Shown here piece by piece: positions 16,778 through 25,423 of a stretch of DNA of 32,000 bases. Each line of letters starts with the position of its first letter. Positions within the stretch are counted from its first letter, which is position 1. The translations under genes and the position numbers were made by a program. The notes under the pieces are model-generated. The model saw only the letters and a program-made list of their open reading frames with translations. It searched no databases and had not been told where the DNA came from. This DNA comes from Caldivirga maquilingensis IC-167 (GTDB lineage: Archaea > Thermoproteota > Thermoprotei > Thermoproteales > Thermocladiaceae): contig NC_009954.1 of NCBI RefSeq assembly GCF_000018305.1, forward strand, positions 540,001 to 572,000, in the 5' to 3' direction.

Positions 16778-17159
16778 TCTTTAGTGTATTAAATATGATT
16801 ATTCATTCCTAGAGAGCCCTTCCCTTACTCCTCCAATCACTGCAAACCCATAAGGAAGCAATGAGCCCTACCCCTCTAGGGAGGTTTTAAGGAGTCGCTG
16901 TTCATTATGTTGATTATCCTTTCAACATACTAGTGTTAATCCATCATTCATTAACTCAACCCCTCATGCCTAAGCAACTAGTAATCCCATGTCCATTAGG
17001 CAGCACACTACAGGACATTAGTAATGACTGACTCATATACACTATTACTACAATCCATACCATTACTAAGGGTAATTAGTCAAATAGACTCCTCCTTGAT
17101 ATTGGCTAGTGTTCAATTCCTTAATAATTAAGTATTAATGTGGGAGGAGGATGGTTTAT

Positions 17160-17235
17160 TGGTAGCCGGGCCCGGATTCGAACCGGGGTCAGTGGGTCCA
17201 AAGCCCACCATCCTTGGCCGCTAGACGACCCGGCT
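17160..17235 (-). tRNA. tRNA-Gln (anticodon UUG), 73 nt plus genomically encoded CCA
   Basis: The minus strand folds as AGCCGGG-UC-GUCU-AGCGGCCAA-GGAU-G-GUGGG-CUUUGGA-CCCAC-UGAC-CCCGG-UUCGAAU-CCGGG-CCCGGCU-A-CCA. This is a full cloverleaf: 7-bp acceptor stem, canonical T loop, U33, and anticodon UUG. Confidence 0.93.
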
Positions 17236-17257
17236 CACTGAAGACAATGAGCAAGCC

Positions 17258-17265
17258 TTTATAAA
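17258..17265. promoter_or_regulatory. Palindromic TATA box TTTATAAA between divergent tRNA-Gln and methyltransferase gene
   Basis: It lies 23-30 nt upstream of the tRNA 5' end (17235) and 33-40 nt upstream of ATG 17298 on the other strand. Confidence 0.55.
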
Positions 17266-17297
17266 CACTACCCAATGAAAACAATGGTTTTAATTGA

Positions 17298-17948
17298 ATG
17301 ATGAAGACAACCATGAGCAGGCATATTCATTCAGTGCGGGTTAGCGGCAAATCCTTTTTAAGTAGGCGCCTTAATGAAGTTGAATACATGGGGATTGGTC
17401 AGGATTACGGTTACTTTGAGCAGTTCGACGAGAATGTGGCTAAGTTCTACAAGTACTTTGATTTCATCTTCTATTGGGCATATAGGAGGGTGTTTAAGTT
17501 ACTTAGGGAGACTGTTAAGAGTCCGGCTAGGGTGCTTGAGATTGGTCCTGGTACAGGTAGGTTAGCCAACATGGTTAGTGGCCTAGGTTACCATGTTGTG
17601 GGTGTTGATGTGAGCTTACCTATGGTTAAGCAGGCTAGGAGGTTTTGGAGACCAGACTTCATTAATGGAGGTAGCTGGAGGTTACCGTTACGGGGTGGTT
17701 CCTTTGATGCTGCCGTGGCGGTCTTCACAATGCATCATTGGGGTAATAATGAATTATCAGTGGTTGGTTTACGTGATTCCCTTAAGCCGGATGGAGTATT
17801 CATTGTTGCTGAGGTTGATGGGGATAGAATAAGCGCCCATGGTCATTCATGCACCGTTAAATGCATTAACAACACCCTATCACCGTACTTCACGCTTAAT
17901 ATTAAGAAATCCTTCCCACTAGTACTGGCTGTAGCTAAGAGGAGGTAG
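17298..17948 (+). CDS. Class I SAM-dependent methyltransferase
   Basis: Motif I VLEIGPGTGRLA, post-I acidic residue VGVDVS, and FDAAVAVFTMHHW. The true start may be the internal ATG at 17388 (MGIGQDYGYF). Confidence 0.75.
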   Translation: MMKTTMSRHIHSVRVSGKSFLSRRLNEVEYMGIGQDYGYFEQFDENVAKFYKYFDFIFYWAYRRVFKLLRETVKSPARVLEIGPGTGRLANMVSGLGYHVVGVDVSLPMVKQARRFWRPDFINGGSWRLPLRGGSFDAAVAVFTMHHWGNNELSVVGLRDSLKPDGVFIVAEVDGDRISAHGHSCTVKCINNTLSPYFTLNIKKSFPLVLAVAKRR

Positions 17949-17952
17949 GTAC

Positions 17953-18492
17953 TTAACTGCATTCACCCTTAAGCCCCTTAGGTGGTGTTACGCCTCTTTG
18001 CCCAAGGTACTTGCCCTGGTACTTGGCTTCACCTATGGTTTTAGCGAGAACCACGTGGAGGAACCTCATACCTGGTCTAAGAACCACATAGTTTCCACTA
18101 TTGTTAATGACCTCAATGGTTATGTTACCCTCAAACCCAGTATCTATTATTGTGGGTGGTACCCCTAGGCCGTATCTGGCTAGGGTTGAGCGTAGGTTGC
18201 AGAAGCCTATTACATCCCTTGGGAATTTAACGTACTCCATAGTTGTCAGTAAGGCGAAACTCCTGGGTGGTATTATTATTCTACCGTCCTTAGCCTCCAC
18301 AATACTGAATAAGTGCCTAGTGGATTCAAGCTCACATGGATCAATTACCTGGTTCTCGAAGGCGTATATTGCGTACTCGTTACCAACCCTTAAGTCGAGG
18401 CCATTCTCCCTAACAACATCCTCAGTGAAGGGTTCAATACCTAAGGAACCATCCTTAATAAGCTTAAGTATCTCTCCCCTGGCAAGTATCAT
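17953..18492 (-). CDS. dcd: dCTP deaminase (Dcd/dUTPase superfamily)
   Basis: MILARGEILKLIKDGSLGIEP...NGLDLRVGNEY...FALLTTMEYVKFPRDVIGFCNLRSTLARYGL...TIIDTGFEGNITIEV is typical Dcd. Confidence 0.85.
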   Translation of the reverse strand: MILARGEILKLIKDGSLGIEPFTEDVVRENGLDLRVGNEYAIYAFENQVIDPCELESTRHLFSIVEAKDGRIIIPPRSFALLTTMEYVKFPRDVIGFCNLRSTLARYGLGVPPTIIDTGFEGNITIEVINNSGNYVVLRPGMRFLHVVLAKTIGEAKYQGKYLGQRGVTPPKGLKGECS

Positions 18493-18576
18493 TAATGCAC
18501 CTTAACTGGTAGGTTATTAAAAGCTATTACTCAACGTGAGCTTAATGTTAAAAGCACTAAGAGTAATAGATTAATC

Positions 18577-20142
18577 ATGGTTAACTCCACTAATCCTGAG
18601 CGTAGAAAAATCCTAGCCTCATTAGCCCTCGGTGGTGGTGCATTATTACTGGGCGCCGTGAGCGAGTACATGAGTAATAAAGCGTTAATGCAGGTTAATG
18701 AATTGAAGCCTCATTTAAGGCAAGTTGAGTCAACAATCCAGAACTCAGCCTCATACATAATTTACCAAGACCCATATGGTAGGGTTTACGCAAAGAATGG
18801 AAGTAATGGGAATGTAGATTACGAGGGCTTAGATGCCAGTAATGTTATTCAAAGCGCAGTAAACACCATAACCAGTGAAAACACCCAGGGTGTAATATAC
18901 GTGAAGGCCGGGCAATACTCACTCTCCAGACCCTTAACATTAAGCCCAGGGGTTTCTATAATTGGCGTCTACCCAGTGAGGAGCAACGTGTACCCAGCCC
19001 CGCCTGACTGGCCTAATAGCGTTATTTACGGTGGCACAGTATTCACTGGAGACGGCACCTTTGATGCCTTAGTTGGCAATAACGTAATAGGTGCAGCCTT
19101 AATTAACCTGGGTTTCAGGAACTTTAGGAACGCGATTAATTTAGGTTCCCCTGACTCGCTTGGAATTTCCTTCTCAGTCATAAGTAACATATTCATTGAC
19201 TACCCCAATGAGGATGGGTTAAGGATAATGAACTTTGAGCACTTACTAATAAGTAATGTACAAGGTATACTTAACCCAAGCAGTAAGCTACTTCATTTAA
19301 TAAACAATAACAGTAATTGGGACGGAGGCAACTCAGTTATTACCGAGGTTTACGCAGTTGGGAACCCACTGTACACTGAGGGTGTTATTCACCTTGAGGC
19401 CGTGGAGAACGCCCTCGGGTTCATGGTTTTCATAAGGCCTCAGGTTAATATGCTTAATGCCGGTGGTAAGGGTATTGGTATACTTCTTGAGAATAAGACC
19501 AGTAGGAGTGATGGGTTATCTAAAATATCAATGTACAGTATTGATGTTGAAGGACCTGTGGAGGAGGCATTGAGACTTGTGGGTGTTCAGGACAGTTACT
19601 TTAACTTCCACTTCTCCTGGTCTGGTCAAGCCTGGACGGTGCACTTCATGGATAATGATAATGGTGTACCATCAATCTCAAACATAGTTACTGCGCCATT
19701 CGGCAGTATACTAAGTGATAGTGCTTGGGAGAACATAATCATAATGCCTTGGATAACTAGGATAAGCGCAACCCCTCCTAAGACCGCAGGCATTTATGGT
19801 TTAACAATAGTTAAGCACCCTTTAACTGGAGCCACTAGACCAGCCATATACGCTGGCGACGCATACTCTGTTTTCGACAACATGTACTCAATGTATGAGC
19901 CAGGTAGGGGCATTAAGGGCTACGTCACAATACCTCCCGGTCAGGTTAGGGTCACGGTTAACCATGGGTTAAGGTTAAAGCCAGCATACGTGTTATTAAC
20001 CCCCCATGTAGTTAATGGAACAGTACCTAGGGTTGCTGTTGATAATGTTAATGATGAATCATTCGATGTAGTTCTTAGTGAACCACAGGCAAGTGAAGTT
20101 AAGGTATATTACTACGCTGGTACATTCCCGCAATCAACCTAA
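18577..20142 (+). CDS. Secreted right-handed beta-helix (pectate-lyase-fold) protein with twin-arginine signal
   Basis: The N-terminus ERRKILASLALGGGALLLGAVS is Tat-like (RR-x-h-L plus an h-region). DASNVIQSAVNTITSENTQGVIYVKAGQYSLSRPLTL resembles the start of pectate-lyase-fold / tailspike-like beta-helices. Short repetitive beta-strand periodicity follows. Confidence 0.5.
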   Translation: MVNSTNPERRKILASLALGGGALLLGAVSEYMSNKALMQVNELKPHLRQVESTIQNSASYIIYQDPYGRVYAKNGSNGNVDYEGLDASNVIQSAVNTITSENTQGVIYVKAGQYSLSRPLTLSPGVSIIGVYPVRSNVYPAPPDWPNSVIYGGTVFTGDGTFDALVGNNVIGAALINLGFRNFRNAINLGSPDSLGISFSVISNIFIDYPNEDGLRIMNFEHLLISNVQGILNPSSKLLHLINNNSNWDGGNSVITEVYAVGNPLYTEGVIHLEAVENALGFMVFIRPQVNMLNAGGKGIGILLENKTSRSDGLSKISMYSIDVEGPVEEALRLVGVQDSYFNFHFSWSGQAWTVHFMDNDNGVPSISNIVTAPFGSILSDSAWENIIIMPWITRISATPPKTAGIYGLTIVKHPLTGATRPAIYAGDAYSVFDNMYSMYEPGRGIKGYVTIPPGQVRVTVNHGLRLKPAYVLLTPHVVNGTVPRVAVDNVNDESFDVVLSEPQASEVKVYYYAGTFPQST

Positions 20143-20241
20143 CTACATGCAGAAGCCTACTTCCTTAACCTTGATGTTAATAGCCTATTAGCTGTGGCTT
20201 CAATTAATACTTATTGTTACGCATCACGGGTATTGAACCAT

Positions 20242-20943
20242 CTATGGATTACTCATATTAGCTAGTAGTTTAGGTAACTCCGTTAAGTTACCTATAATGT
20301 AGTCTGGCTTAACCGTCAGGTTAATTTTCCTCCTATTCACGAAAACCGTCTTTATTTGACTCAACTTACCTCCTATTATATCCTCAATTAGCCCACTCAC
20401 TATTAATGCATCATCCTTACTAATCTTAGCCCTATATAATGCTGCATTGAATATTCTTGCATTAGGCTTACCGGCTCTCGTTAAGTCTGAGCTTATTACG
20501 CCCTTAAAGAACCTTAGTAGACCATTCTTGAGTAGAATCTTCTTAGCTATGTCATTATCCAGGTTAGTTAATATGTACATCTGAACCCCAAGATTACTTA
20601 ACTCATTTAAGGCTGGCTCAACATCATCATAGATCTTAGCCACGGTAACGAAGGCGTTGGCTAAGGCATCACCCCAGTACTCAAGCTCCCTACCACCTAG
20701 GCCTAGGGAGTATTTTCTAGTGACCGTTAGCATTACGTCCCTGGCAAGGCTTCTAAGCGACCTATAGTTGCCTGAGGTCACTAATTGATTATATCTACTT
20801 GACCACTCATTGGCTATTAGGGCGGCTACCTCATCCTCATTAGCCTTAATATCCACCTCCCTCTTAATTAGTGAGGCCATTTCCTGGGCGAAGCCCTCTA
20901 GGCTTGCTAAAGTGTCCATAACCTCCATGAATAATACTACCAT
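20242..20943 (-). CDS. HAD-superfamily-like protein with degenerate motif I
   Basis: Motif II ILTN, motif III AGKPNARIF, and a motif IV-like VSGLIEDIIGG are present. The N-terminal strand reads VVLFMEVMDTL instead of hhhhDxDGTL. A TATA (TTTTATAAATT) is centred about 27 nt upstream of ATG 20943. Confidence 0.6.
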   Translation of the reverse strand: MVVLFMEVMDTLASLEGFAQEMASLIKREVDIKANEDEVAALIANEWSSRYNQLVTSGNYRSLRSLARDVMLTVTRKYSLGLGGRELEYWGDALANAFVTVAKIYDDVEPALNELSNLGVQMYILTNLDNDIAKKILLKNGLLRFFKGVISSDLTRAGKPNARIFNAALYRAKISKDDALIVSGLIEDIIGGKLSQIKTVFVNRRKINLTVKPDYIIGNLTELPKLLANMSNP

Positions 20944-21003
20944 ATGTTAGATCACTGATGGCTTAATTTATAAAATTATTCCCTCAATAAAACTTAGGAT
21001 AAT

Positions 21004-21058
21004 AATCAGCACTCGGCAAATTCGCCACCAATCCGGCGAGGTCTCCCACTCATCATTC
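21004..21058 (-). ncRNA. C/D box sRNA candidate (canonical C and D, degenerate C'/D')
   Basis: The minus strand reads GA-AUGAUGA (C, 21056-21050), then 40 nt GUGGGAGACCUCGCCGGAUUGGUGGCGAAUUUGCCGAGUG, then CUGA (D, 21009-21006), then UU. A possible D' is CGGA and a possible C' is GUGGCGA. It is a GC island in an AT-rich spacer. A TATA-like TTTATTAAATT (21080-21090) lies about 28 nt upstream. Confidence 0.5.
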
Positions 21059-21113
21059 CTTAGTTAAAGTACCTGGGAGTTTATTAAATTAACTAGCTTT
21101 AACTCAAGGTAAG

Positions 21114-21122
21114 TTTAAATTA
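21114..21122 (+). promoter_or_regulatory. TATA box for glmS
   Basis: TTTAAATTA lies 22-30 nt upstream of GTG 21144. Confidence 0.5.
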
Positions 21123-21143
21123 ATGAGACAAGCAGGGGGACTA

Positions 21144-22970
21144 GTGTGCGGTATTGTAGGTGTAGCCGGTAGTATTGGTGAGAGGCTTGGTTCAGCGCTT
21201 AAGAAGTGCCTTGAGAGACTTGAGTACAGGGGTTATGACTCAGCAGGTATTGCCGTGACTGGGACTGGGGGGATTACTGTTAGGAAGGGTAAGGGGAAGA
21301 TTAATGAGGTTGACGCTAGATTCAACTTCACTGCATTAGATGGCTTAAGCGGCATCGGTCACACTAGGTGGGCAACCCATGGTAAGCCAAGTGACGAGAA
21401 CGCCCACCCCCACGTTGACTGCACCGGTGAGGTTGCGGTTGTACACAATGGCATTATAGCCAATTATAGGGAACTTAAGGAGCAGTTAATGGCAAGGGGA
21501 CATAGGTTCATCAGTGATACTGACACTGAGGTAATAGCACACTTGTTTGAGGATTACGTTAAGGCTGGTTTACCAGCCCTAGTGGCACTGAGGGAGACTA
21601 TTAGGAGACTTAAGGGTTCATACGCCATAGCCCTACTATACTCCCATGAGCCTGATAAGGTTTTCTTCGCTAGGAATGTTTCACCATTAGTAATAGGGGT
21701 GGGTGAGGGCTTCAACTTCCTGGCAAGTGACATACCTGCATTCCTAAACTACACTAATAGGGTCATAACGCTTCACGACGGTGAGTACGGTTACTTAACA
21801 CCAAGCGGCATTTACGTTGAGAGGAATGGTGAACCAGTTAACGTGGAGGATAGGGTTAGGGTGATTAATTGGAGTCCTGAATCAGCGGGTAAGGAGGGTT
21901 ACCCACACTTCATGCTTAAGGAGATTCATGAACAACCCAGGGCCCTCAGGGAGACTTGGGCTGGATTAGACATGGATTACGTTAGTAAGTTGGGTAAGGC
22001 CATTGCTGAGGCTAGGAGGGTTTTCATAACGGCCAGCGGTACATCATACCATGCTGGGTTAATTCTGGATTACCTACTGGTGAGTTTAGCCGGTTTAGAT
22101 GCTCATGCATTCAATTCCTCCGAGTACAGGAAGTACATTAAACTGGTTAAGGAGGGTGACATACTCATAGCCATTTCTCAATCAGGTGAAACAATAGACA
22201 CACTAATGGCTACAAGGGTCTTTAGGGAGCGGGGCGCCAAGGTTCTGGCTGTTTCAAACGTGGTGGATAGTACAATACCCAGGGAGAGTGATTACCAATT
22301 ATACACCAATGCCGGGCCTGAGATAGGCGTCGCAGCCACTAAAACCTTCACTACTCAATTAATGATCCTCACCGCATTAGCCGCTAATGCAGCATTACAC
22401 AGTGGGGGTATGGGTAAGGAGGCTTATAGCCTAGTGTTGAATGAGCTTGAGCAGGCGCCTGATCTCGTTAACACAACGATAATTAATGTTGAGGCCAGGG
22501 TTAGGCACATTGCCGGTAAACTCGCTGTTAAGACCAATGCCTACTACTTGAGTAGGGGAATTGGATTACCCATAGCCATGGAGGGGGCGCTTAAGATGAA
22601 GGAGGTTGCATATGTCCACGCCGAGGCTTACCCAGCGGGTGAAAGTAAACATGGCCCAATAGCCCTAGTTAACCAGGAATTCCCAGTAGTATTCACTGTG
22701 ACTGATGATGATTACCTAGACCCCCTTGAGGGTAATGTAATGGAAATGACCGCTAGGGGGGCTTACACAATAGGTATCTTACCAAGCAGGCACTACGCTA
22801 AGTTGGGTAAGGTTTTCACCGAGGTTATTCAAACACCTGATGCTTCACCTTACCTACTCACCATTATTCAATCCATACCACTCCAATTACTAGCTTACCA
22901 CACTGCAGTATTAAGGGGTTATGACCCTGATAAGCCAAGGAACCTGGCTAAGACAGTTACCGTGGAGTAG
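21144..22970 (+). CDS. glmS: Glutamine--fructose-6-phosphate aminotransferase (isomerizing)
   Basis: CGIVGVAG... is an Ntn glutaminase domain, followed by two SIS domains (SQSGETIDT), ending ...KPRNLAKTVTVE. The enzyme needs Cys as residue 1 after Met removal. The start is therefore GTG 21144 (V-C-G-I-V-G), not the track ATG at 21123. TATA spacing agrees. Confidence 0.92.
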   Translation: MCGIVGVAGSIGERLGSALKKCLERLEYRGYDSAGIAVTGTGGITVRKGKGKINEVDARFNFTALDGLSGIGHTRWATHGKPSDENAHPHVDCTGEVAVVHNGIIANYRELKEQLMARGHRFISDTDTEVIAHLFEDYVKAGLPALVALRETIRRLKGSYAIALLYSHEPDKVFFARNVSPLVIGVGEGFNFLASDIPAFLNYTNRVITLHDGEYGYLTPSGIYVERNGEPVNVEDRVRVINWSPESAGKEGYPHFMLKEIHEQPRALRETWAGLDMDYVSKLGKAIAEARRVFITASGTSYHAGLILDYLLVSLAGLDAHAFNSSEYRKYIKLVKEGDILIAISQSGETIDTLMATRVFRERGAKVLAVSNVVDSTIPRESDYQLYTNAGPEIGVAATKTFTTQLMILTALAANAALHSGGMGKEAYSLVLNELEQAPDLVNTTIINVEARVRHIAGKLAVKTNAYYLSRGIGLPIAMEGALKMKEVAYVHAEAYPAGESKHGPIALVNQEFPVVFTVTDDDYLDPLEGNVMEMTARGAYTIGILPSRHYAKLGKVFTEVIQTPDASPYLLTIIQSIPLQLLAYHTAVLRGYDPDKPRNLAKTVTVE

Positions 22971-23016
22971 CTTAAGGAGGCGTAATATTATTAAGACTTA
23001 AGCAGCTTAATGCGTA

Positions 23017-24090
23017 ATGAAGGGGAGTCTAATAGGAGTGGTCTTTGCACCTAATGGAGGTGAATTAAGAAGCTTAAGTAATGAACCTAAACCCATGGTT
23101 AACGTTATGGGTAAGCCTCTTCTAATCCACGTTGCGGATAATTTAAGGTCAATTGGCGCTCTTAGAGTCATCGCGGCTGTTGAAGATAATGTTAATGTCG
23201 AGGGGGTTGAATTAAGTAGGTTAAGCAATGACTACTGGGGTACATTAAAGCTAATCATTAAGGAGACCCCAAGGGGATCCACTGTAGTATTCTCCTCAAC
23301 GGAGTATTACGTACCAAGGGAAGCCTACGAGGCCCTACTTAACACACACTTATCAATGGGCTATGACGCAACAATGCTTGTTACAGCAGTTGAGGATACC
23401 TCCAGTGGAGTAGTGGTTCACGTTAATAGTGAGGGTAGGGTTACGGGCCTAAGCAGAGGCATGGGGCCTGGTTACCTATTCCTAAACCTAATGGTGATTG
23501 AACGCAACGTATTTGAAGATTATGGTGAGTTAAACTGGGGTAGCATTAAGGCTGGTGTCCACCTGTGGAATGGCTGGTTCACTAGGGTTAACTCACCGTG
23601 GAGTTTACTTGACTTAACCAGGAACCTGCTTTCAGGCTTAAGGGAATCCACAATATCCACTAAGGCTAGGATATCACCGAAGGCATCAATAGAGGGCTTA
23701 GTGGTGATTGATGATGATGCTGTACTTGACCATAACTGCACACTAAGGGGACCAGTGTACGTTGGTAAGGGGGCTTACGTGGGTACTGGGGCCTTACTTA
23801 GGAACCACACCTCCATTGAAGAGGGAGCGGTAATAGGCGCTAACGCTGAGGTAACTGAATCACTGGTGGGGCCTAGGGCAACTGTGGGCAGGGGGTCATT
23901 CATAGGTGCATCATTAATAGGCCCAAGGGCTGTCGTGGAGCCAGGTGTCGTAACTTTAACAACAACAGTGGATAGGAAAATTGGGGCAGTAATAGGTGGA
24001 GGTGCTAGGGTTGGTGCTAATAGCGTCATTAAGCCAGGTAGTGTGGTTAAGCCGAGTGAATTAATTAACCCTCTAACGTACTATGGTTAA
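23017..24090 (+). CDS. Sugar-1-phosphate nucleotidyltransferase / acetyltransferase, GlmU-like (NTP-transferase domain + left-handed beta-helix)
   Basis: The N-terminus VVFAPNGGELRSLSNEPKPMVNVMGKPLLIH is a variant of the G-x-G-x-R-L...PK loop. The C-terminal hexapeptide repeats are VGKGAYVGTGALLRNHTSIEEGAVIGANAEVTESLVGPRATVGRGSFIGASLIGPRAVV. It is adjacent to glmS. A TATA (TAATATTATTAAG) lies about 28 nt upstream. Confidence 0.65.
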   Translation: MKGSLIGVVFAPNGGELRSLSNEPKPMVNVMGKPLLIHVADNLRSIGALRVIAAVEDNVNVEGVELSRLSNDYWGTLKLIIKETPRGSTVVFSSTEYYVPREAYEALLNTHLSMGYDATMLVTAVEDTSSGVVVHVNSEGRVTGLSRGMGPGYLFLNLMVIERNVFEDYGELNWGSIKAGVHLWNGWFTRVNSPWSLLDLTRNLLSGLRESTISTKARISPKASIEGLVVIDDDAVLDHNCTLRGPVYVGKGAYVGTGALLRNHTSIEEGAVIGANAEVTESLVGPRATVGRGSFIGASLIGPRAVVEPGVVTLTTTVDRKIGAVIGGGARVGANSVIKPGSVVKPSELINPLTYYG

Positions 24091-24143
24091 GGAACCCTTA
24101 AGTATACTTCGGTTCACTTAACTACCTCAACGCAGGCACGCAG

Positions 24144-25274
24144 TTGTTAAAATCCCTAAAGCCAAATGCGTTACCCGTGAGCAGTATTGGAGTAGTCTTC
24201 AGGGTAACCACCTTCGGTGAGAGTCATGGACCAGCGGTGGGTGTGGTCATAGATGGTGTCCCTGCGGGTATTCAGTTGAATGAGGATTACATTAGGAGGG
24301 AACTTAATAGGAGGAGGTTCTGCCACATACCTGTCTTAAACCCAAGGTGTGAGGATGAGGATTTTCAAATACTTTCAGGGATTAAGGATGGGTTAACCAC
24401 AGGTACGCCTATAGCAATAGTGGTGTGGAATAAGAGGGCTGTGTCGAATTACTACATGGATATTTGGATGAAGCCAAGGCCAGGTCATGCTGACTTAGCC
24501 TGGTACCTGAAGTTCGGTAAGCTATACGACTTCAGGGGTGGGGGTAGGGCAAGTGGTAGGGAGACTGTTGCAAGGATTGCTGCTGGGGCTGTGGCTAAGG
24601 CGATACTTAAGCAAACTATTGATGTTGATGTTTCAAGTCACTTAATTGAACTTGGGGGTGTATCCATTAGTAGGGATGATTACACGTTCAATGATGTTGC
24701 TAAGTCCTGGGAAAAACCCCTACCAATGATTGATGATGAGGCCATTGAAAAGGCAATCAAGGTATTAATTAATGCCGCCACTGAGGGTGATAGTGTCGGG
24801 GGTATTGGTGAAGTATTAACCACTGAGGTACCTCCTGGACTTGGTGAACCAGTCTTCGATAAGCTTAAGGCTGATTTAGCTAAGGCAGTAATGTCAATAC
24901 CAAGCACCACAGGCATTGAGTTCGGCCTAGGCTTTAAACTAGCTAGAATGAGGGGTAGTGAGGCTAATGACCAAATAGTGCTCAGGAATGGTAAGCCAAG
25001 GCTTGAGACCAATAGGGTTGGCGGTATGCTGGGTGGAATGAGTATTGGGGAACCAATTAGGTTTAGGGTAGCCTTTAAACCAACCCCAAGCATTAGGAGG
25101 CCTCAAAGGACTGTTGACCTTGAGAAAATAACTGAAACAACAATAACCTTCACAGGCAGATACGATATATCCACAGCCCCAAAGGCAATCCTAGCCGCTG
25201 AGGCGATGACGGCAATAATCCTAGTGGATCATGCAATAAGGGCAGGCCTAATACCCAGGATTATAAGGAAGTAA
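24144..25274 (+). CDS. aroC: Chorismate synthase
   Basis: [24 protein letters not shown]...RPGHAD...[10 protein letters not shown]...GGMLGGMS...RYDISTAP is diagnostic for AroC. The start codon is uncertain (track TTG at 24144; GTG 24177 is also possible). Confidence 0.9.
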
Positions 25275-25423
25275 CCCTTAAGACTAAGTACATTATAAAC
25301 TCAGGTTAATTACTTAATTCTTAAATCTCAATGGTTAATCTTAGTTAATTACAGTCACTTAGTTAAGGAACATGAAGCCTCATGTACTTCATTCACGTAT
25401 AATCAATATTTAATCTCACTCAA

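Noticed and set aside
16379-17235. Integrated mobile element at tRNA-Gln (a long non-coding stretch directly 3' of the tRNA).
   Set aside because: There is no integrase or other element gene, and I saw no direct repeat of the tRNA 3' half (e.g. CCGGATTCGAACC) anywhere in the window. An ancient, fully decayed insertion cannot be excluded.
24733-24784. ATGATGA ... 41 nt ... CTGA on the plus strand, spaced like a C/D box sRNA.
   Set aside because: It lies inside aroC in the sense orientation (encoding [21 protein letters not shown]). The would-be guides are AT-rich, there are no C'/D' boxes and no promoter. This is a chance occurrence.
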